DNA from: Oligoflexia bacterium
GTDB taxonomy: Bacteria > Bdellovibrionota > UBA1018
Direction of reading: 5' to 3'
Assembly (NCBI GenBank): GCA_963758495.1
Contig: CAVWVI010000004.1
Location: forward strand, 256,001-320,000
DNA: 64,000 nucleotides
Under the pieces are notes generated by a model, which did not search any database, was not told the DNA's origin, and saw only the letters and a program-made list of their open reading frames with translations. Made by a program: the position numbers and the translations under genes. Positions 56,215 to 64,000 of the stretch are shown piece by piece. The stretch's first letter is position 1. Every line of letters starts with the position of its first letter.

Positions 56215-57939
56215 CTAAATACTTAAAGTCTTTTGACCCCGATTTTCTAAATACCTCAGATAAACATCAAAGGCCAATCGGCAGACAAACACTGCAGTAA
56301 ACAACGTAGTAATAATACCGATCAATAACGTCACGGCAAACCCTTTAATGGCTCCAGTTCCATACATAAGAAGTACAATCGCTGCAGCAGCATTAGTCAC
56401 GTTTGCATCTAGAATCGTTCGAAAGGCTTTTTGAAAGCCCGAGTTTACAGCTGCACCAGGCCCTTTACCATGTCTCAGCTCCTCACGAATTCGCTCATAA
56501 ATAACAACATTGGAATCGACAGCAATCCCAACCGTTAATGCTATCCCGGCAATACCAGGCAAAGTCAACGTCGCTTCCAAACCTACGAGCACAGCCAACA
56601 CAAAAAGAACATTCAATAAAAGAGAGAAGACCGCAATTAAACCACTGACTTGATAGTAGATCGCAACAAAGATAAAAACGACCAAACTTCCAATCAAGCT
56701 GGCTAAAGCTCCTTTATGAATGGAATCTTGCCCTAGCGAAGGACCCACCACTCTTTGCTCTAGAAAATCGAGCTGAGCTGGTAATGCGCCTGCGCGTAAG
56801 ACAATTGCAAGATCCTTAGCTTCTTTCATGAGCCCTTCGCTATCACCTCGACCCAAAGTAATCTGACCATGTCCACCACCAATTCGACTTTGTATCACAG
56901 GTGCCGAATGGACAATTCCATCCAGAACAATAGCAAGGCGATGACCGATATTATCAGCAGTTAACTTATCGAAAAGAGAAGCTCCACGAGGATTCAATGT
57001 GAAACTTACATTAGGACGACGATTTTCTGAATCAATTTGAACGGACGCATCTTGTAAATCATCCCCCGTTACTCCTACTTTTGAATGGAGTAAATAAGGT
57101 AATCGAGTCCCTTCAGATTGCTCATTCACCCCTTTAGATCGTTCAAATGCGATTTCATCGTCTTCAGGAATTTTTCCTTTAGCTTGCTCATTGATCTGAC
57201 GCACATATTCAGAAAACTTCTGACCTTCTTTATAAGTAATGTTGTGTTGCTTCTCGATATCAGCTACTAAAGCAGCCACCTGCCCCTGATTCATCGTCTT
57301 ATCGTCAACCATTTTAAATTCAAGTTTAGCAGTCCGACCAATCAGGTCTTTTGCCCGATCCACTTCCCGAACACCCGGAAGCTCAACAACAACACGATCA
57401 CTCCCCTGACTGGTAATAGAAGGCTCGGAAACACCGAATTCATCAATTCGATTACGAATGACTTCAATACTTTGATTGAGGGTTCGTTCTCGAACTTCAT
57501 TGCGATAGTCATGAGACAAGCCTAATTCAAACTGTCCAGCGTTCTCCCCTGCTAACCGAAGAGTCCAAAATTCCTTTTTCAAAATTTGGTAAAAGTCCTG
57601 TCGTTTGGCAGAATCAAATTCAACAACCATCCGAGGATCATCCGCAACAGCACCTTCACGAACGGCTTTCAAACTAGTAACATTGATGCCCTTCTCTTTC
57701 AGGCGATCTTTCATACTAGAAGACTGACGATCGATCACGTCTTTGTAGACTTTATTAAAATCCACACCTAAAACAAGATACAGTCCACCCTGTAAATCTA
57801 AGCCTAAATTGATTTTTTGTTTGAACGGAAATCTTGTTGTCTGGAGGTCTAAATTAGCAAGCGTCGGATAGACATAAACACCTGAAAGAGCAACAATGAA
57901 CCCTAGCAGAAAGCATTTTCCCCACCACGAACGTGACAT
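56215..57939 (-). CDS. secD: Protein translocase subunit SecD
   Basis: LGLDLQGG; RIDEFGVSEP; LRAGALPA; VGPSLG; TLPGIAG; AVDSNV.IYERIRE. Confidence 0.96.
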   Translation of the reverse strand: MSRSWWGKCFLLGFIVALSGVYVYPTLANLDLQTTRFPFKQKINLGLDLQGGLYLVLGVDFNKVYKDVIDRQSSSMKDRLKEKGINVTSLKAVREGAVADDPRMVVEFDSAKRQDFYQILKKEFWTLRLAGENAGQFELGLSHDYRNEVRERTLNQSIEVIRNRIDEFGVSEPSITSQGSDRVVVELPGVREVDRAKDLIGRTAKLEFKMVDDKTMNQGQVAALVADIEKQHNITYKEGQKFSEYVRQINEQAKGKIPEDDEIAFERSKGVNEQSEGTRLPYLLHSKVGVTGDDLQDASVQIDSENRRPNVSFTLNPRGASLFDKLTADNIGHRLAIVLDGIVHSAPVIQSRIGGGHGQITLGRGDSEGLMKEAKDLAIVLRAGALPAQLDFLEQRVVGPSLGQDSIHKGALASLIGSLVVFIFVAIYYQVSGLIAVFSLLLNVLFVLAVLVGLEATLTLPGIAGIALTVGIAVDSNVVIYERIREELRHGKGPGAAVNSGFQKAFRTILDANVTNAAAAIVLLMYGTGAIKGFAVTLLIGIITTLFTAVFVCRLAFDVYLRYLENRGQKTLSI

Positions 57940-57968
57940 ATGAGAATCCCTCGATAGGTAAGAAGAAG

Positions 57969-60237
<2,269 letters not shown>

Positions 60238-60356
60238 AATGACGGGTATAGCACCTAAAAGTAGATATTTCTTACCAGATTCTTTTGAATTTTATTCTTC
60301 GTCTGCTATGGTCCCTGCCAAGTATTTTTAAAGACATTTTCAAGGGGGAAAATTCA

Positions 60357-62927
60357 ATGAAAATCGATAAGTTAGCAGCGTTAGGCCTGATCGCCATCCT
60401 TGTTTTTTCGAGATGTTCGCAGAAAGAATCTGTAAATTCTCAAAACCACTCTCAAACGTCCCATCAACCTTCCATTGTTCAATCTACAAAAATGAACGTT
60501 CTAGACTCGAATAGACCCTCCGTTACTCCCGGAGTCAATTCGAGTGAATCCATCCAAGTCGTTATCACAGCCAATAAAGATTCTCTTTTGAGTCAAGAGT
60601 TCCTCTATGGCGCAGATCTCCAGTATTCATCAATTTATGATCCACAAATGAATCTCTACAATCAAAGTATGGCCATTGGGCATATCCCCGCACGATTTCG
60701 AATCGTAGGTGATGAACTTCAGTTAGTTGCAGACAATAAGCGACTCTTTCCAAGCGACGTCAATCACCCTGAACAAATCGTGAGTCGTTATAAGATTCTC
60801 AGTCAAACTACCGACACACTCACTCTTTCCGGTGCAAACTCCACCTGGATGCTTTCTGAACTCCTCGCAGGCACCGTAGGAACTACCACGGGTGCATTAA
60901 CAGAACCCAAAGCGAAGCCTCCGCGTGACTCTTGGATTCGCTCTTTTGATTACGTGGAAAAAGGAAATTATTTTCTTCAACAAACCAGTCTCGTCCTAGA
61001 CGATGGAACTATTGCCGAATTCATGGAATCCGTTTTCCCTCGAAAAACCCTCACTTTGAGTCAAAATTTTGAGAAATTTGCTATGGATCCAGAGAGCTCT
61101 GTGGGTGCGACCTCTGGACCTATTGCAAGGTTTAGAATGCTACCAGGAGAAAAAAATTTCGAGGGCGAAACCGCCGTATCTTATGCACAGCATTTTGATA
61201 TTAGCCAAAACCCCGAAGGTACGCCTACAAGTACAATTGACTTCTATGTCACCCCCAATATTCCGGACGAAGATATTCTACCCGTTCAATTAGCGGTAGA
61301 AGGCTGGAATCGATATTTTACTCAATTTAAAGGAATTCAAAGGAAAATAGTGCAATTTAAAGGTCGACTACCTGAAGGAATCCATTTAGGTGATCCAAGG
61401 TTTAATGTCATTAATTGGGATAACCGACACACCGCAGGGGCTGCCTACGAAAGTCAAGCCAGTGATCCCGCAACAGGACGGCAAAGCCATTGCTTAATCT
61501 ATCTTCCTGCAGCTTGGTTACAAATAGGTGCTGATTACTGGACCTCTGGAAAATATAGCGATCCAAGTGCAGAAAGTGTGAGCCCCGTCGCCCTCGAAAA
61601 ACGAGGAGGAGTTTTTAAATCATCTCGTCTTTCTTGCTTCAGGGACATAAAAGATAGCTCAGAGGTTTTGACCTCGGGCAGATTGAATCCAGATGAAATT
61701 AAATCATTTGCAATGCAAACCCTGAAGAATACTCTTTTTCATGAAGTGGGGCATGCTTTGGGCTTAGCTCACAACTTCAAAGGCTCACTCACTTATGACC
61801 ATTCAAATCCCAACAGCCTCTTTTCCTCTTCGATTATGGATTATAATGACTATGAGATTGAGCGTCAGGCTTTCACTTCTGTAGATAGCTCGGAGGGGCC
61901 TCTTCTTGAATATGATCGACAAGCCCTAAGTACTCTTTACAATCACGGAAACGATATTCAGTCTAATGATCCTATCCTTCCGGCATGTAATGATGCAGAG
62001 GCTGATCAAGAAGAGGGGGGCGTTGACCCACTCTGTATTCGATATGACATCGGAAAGGATCCAACCCTTTCCATCGTCACTGCGACTCAAAGAATTAAAG
62101 AAAAAACTCTTGAAGGAGATATTTCATTAACTCAGGCTCTTGAACGAATCAGACCATTTACGTTAGACAATGGAACCTTAGAAAGAATAAAAACCAGGGA
62201 AGACCTTGAAACCCTCGTCCAAAAGCTTGCCAACTCGATTCAAGGTTCGCTCAAATTTTACATTCTCTCAGGAAAAACCTCATTGTCCAAAACGGTCACT
62301 ACGAATGTTAAAGCACTTCTCCAATTTGCTGAGGATATTCTTCCTGACGGGCCTGAAGGTTATAGCGAAAGGGAAATGCGTGAACGCGTGTTTTCTGGAA
62401 TAAATCTCGCCGTAAATTTAAATGAGCTTCCAACGACTGTCGTAGAAGCCATTGACACTGTCGCTCGTGAAGCCCTTCGCGATCTTAAGAAAACCCCCTA
62501 TGTAATCAATCTAAAAAAAGAAGATCGCCCTCTTCTCTTAGATATGATCACAGCAACACTTGCCTCTACAGTAGAGAAATTTCAAACGAATGAAGACCAC
62601 GGCCTTCCCTTATTGAGAGCGTCTGTTTTTAAATCTCTGAGACGGCATGAGAACACGCCCTTTTACTTAGGAGACTCGGACTATTTCCACCACACAGACT
62701 ATGAAACTGCGATTCTTACTCTCCTTAAAGAAGCTACAGTGGACACACAGAGAACTCAGATAGAGCGTGTCGCTGCTGCGGCTTCACTGGCAAGCTATCT
62801 CGGCCGCCTCAGCGCAGGTGACAAAATCATTAAAACCGCAAAGAAAGAAGTCAAAGATGAAAGAGAAGAAGCTAGAGATAATCATACACGAGAAATCGCA
62901 GCAGCGGTGTTATCAGCGCTAGGCTAA
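60357..62927 (+). CDS. Zinc-dependent metalloprotease lipoprotein (metzincin, DUF4953/EcxA-like)
   Basis: HEVGHALGLAHNFKGS; Met-turn SSSIMDY; GDPRFNVINW; lipoprotein-like leader ending FSRC; ATG 60357 after GGGGG. Confidence 0.85.
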   Translation: MKIDKLAALGLIAILVFSRCSQKESVNSQNHSQTSHQPSIVQSTKMNVLDSNRPSVTPGVNSSESIQVVITANKDSLLSQEFLYGADLQYSSIYDPQMNLYNQSMAIGHIPARFRIVGDELQLVADNKRLFPSDVNHPEQIVSRYKILSQTTDTLTLSGANSTWMLSELLAGTVGTTTGALTEPKAKPPRDSWIRSFDYVEKGNYFLQQTSLVLDDGTIAEFMESVFPRKTLTLSQNFEKFAMDPESSVGATSGPIARFRMLPGEKNFEGETAVSYAQHFDISQNPEGTPTSTIDFYVTPNIPDEDILPVQLAVEGWNRYFTQFKGIQRKIVQFKGRLPEGIHLGDPRFNVINWDNRHTAGAAYESQASDPATGRQSHCLIYLPAAWLQIGADYWTSGKYSDPSAESVSPVALEKRGGVFKSSRLSCFRDIKDSSEVLTSGRLNPDEIKSFAMQTLKNTLFHEVGHALGLAHNFKGSLTYDHSNPNSLFSSSIMDYNDYEIERQAFTSVDSSEGPLLEYDRQALSTLYNHGNDIQSNDPILPACNDAEADQEEGGVDPLCIRYDIGKDPTLSIVTATQRIKEKTLEGDISLTQALERIRPFTLDNGTLERIKTREDLETLVQKLANSIQGSLKFYILSGKTSLSKTVTTNVKALLQFAEDILPDGPEGYSEREMRERVFSGINLAVNLNELPTTVVEAIDTVAREALRDLKKTPYVINLKKEDRPLLLDMITATLASTVEKFQTNEDHGLPLLRASVFKSLRRHENTPFYLGDSDYFHHTDYETAILTLLKEATVDTQRTQIERVAAAASLASYLGRLSAGDKIIKTAKKEVKDEREEARDNHTREIAAAVLSALG

Positions 62928-62980
62928 ACTTATTCTTGCAGCTTATTCTTTAGGTTTGATTCTTGCTAAATATTAAGCAA

Positions 62981-63406
62981 ATGAAAGGCTTCAAACAGTT
63001 CCTATTACGAGGCAACGTTATTGATTTAGCGATTGCTGTCGTAATAGGAGCCGCATTTGGTTCAGTAGTATCAGCGTTCGTAAAGGATCTGATGACCCCT
63101 TTGATTGCAGCAATTGGGGGAACGCCTAATTTTTCTTCTTTGTATTTCACTATCAATGGAAGCCGATTTGCCTATGGTGATTTTATCAATGTCATGCTTT
63201 CGTTTCTTGTTATTGCAGCTATCGTTTATTTCTTTGTAGTATTACCCGTAAATGCGTTAATCGCTCGCTCCAAGCGGGAGCCTCCTGCTGATCCTACCAC
63301 TCGGAAATGCCCCGAGTGTTTGAGTGAGGTCCCGATGCAAGCCAGAAGATGTTCACATTGCACTTCTCAATTGATTCCTATTTCAACGCTCAAAACTGGA
63401 ACTTGA
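62981..63406 (+). CDS. mscL: Large-conductance mechanosensitive channel with C-terminal Cys4 motif
   Basis: FKQFLLRGNVIDLAIAVVIGAAF; YGDFIN; CPEC-X10-CSHC. Confidence 0.93.
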   Translation: MKGFKQFLLRGNVIDLAIAVVIGAAFGSVVSAFVKDLMTPLIAAIGGTPNFSSLYFTINGSRFAYGDFINVMLSFLVIAAIVYFFVVLPVNALIARSKREPPADPTTRKCPECLSEVPMQARRCSHCTSQLIPISTLKTGT

Positions 63407-63428
63407 TTACCGTAGTGTAATTTCACCC

Positions 63429-64000
63429 TCAAGGGAGTTGAAGAAGAAGTTTTGCTGCAGGCAAAAAGCGCACTCTTCCCCCTTTTAGAGCAGGTCCAAA
63501 GTAATCTAATTTTCCATTGAGGCTGATTTGAAACGCATTTGGAATTTTCATTCTCTCTAATAAATACTTGATTCCAGCGTCCAATGGGCGATCATCCACC
63601 TTAACTTCTATAGCGATAAAAGGTTTTCCGTCTTTGAGGACAATAAAATCCACTTCGTGACCAACAGTAGTTCTAAAATATCGTAATTCATACTTTTGAC
63701 CCAAGACGTCCTGCATCCAGTGAACCCATCTTAGAAGATGAACTGCAACAAGATTTTCAAATTGAGCACTTTCTGTTGAGGCTTGTCCCCAATCCCAAAA
63801 ATAGAGTTTCGCTTCCTTTTTTACAGCCTTTATTTTATGAGGTCCAAAAGGATAAATACGAAAAACACCGTAAAGTCGTTCAAAAATTTCAATCCAATTT
63901 TTAACTGTGCTAAAACTTACTTCTAAATCTTCCCTTAAACTGTTCATCGACAATACCGAACCGACAGTTTTAGAAAGATACTCATAAAGCAATTCCATTC
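63429..64000 (-). CDS. AAA/DUF4143 ATPase (C-terminal part; start outside window)
   Basis: K.AKLYFWD.G; FENLVA.HL; YFRT..G.EVDF; IEVK. Confidence 0.82.
   Translation of the reverse strand, partial: MELLYEYLSKTVGSVLSMNSLREDLEVSFSTVKNWIEIFERLYGVFRIYPFGPHKIKAVKKEAKLYFWDWGQASTESAQFENLVAVHLLRWVHWMQDVLGQKYELRYFRTTVGHEVDFIVLKDGKPFIAIEVKVDDRPLDAGIKYLLERMKIPNAFQISLNGKLDYFGPALKGGRVRFLPAAKLLLQLP

Overview
Bacterial chromosomal window. It is probably from a Bdellovibrionota/Oligoflexia-like organism, inferred from gene content only. Most of it is housekeeping: ileS-trmO, bioBFDA, fdx-truC-queC, engB, nrdAB, accA-gmk-rel, tgt-yajC-secDF-recJ and mscL. Two accessory regions stand out. (1) A polymorphic toxin locus at about 45.7-49.3 kb, preceded by a near-consensus sigma-54 promoter. 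It encodes a signal-peptide/Gln-rich/coiled-coil protein with a complete Hint (intein-like) domain and a toxin tip, then an Imm8-like immunity gene. After that comes an orphan cassette made of a ~390-bp near-identical copy of the Hint DNA fused to a different tip, with its own immunity gene. I see none of the usual delivery domains (Rhs, FHA, LXG, PAAR, MuF, MafB). (2) A tRNA-Leu(CAA) followed by three further copies of its 3' end (one exact, two degenerate). These delimit stacked, integrase-less islets (vapBC plus a lipoprotein; DUF1456-DEAD helicase-rlmF; a ~200-bp structured element containing an inverted tRNA-end copy). Smaller items are a nucleotidyltransferase/HTH pair with an operator, HdeA, a copper amine oxidase and a truncated TonB-receptor-like remnant. 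All product calls come from motif recognition by eye; no searches were run.
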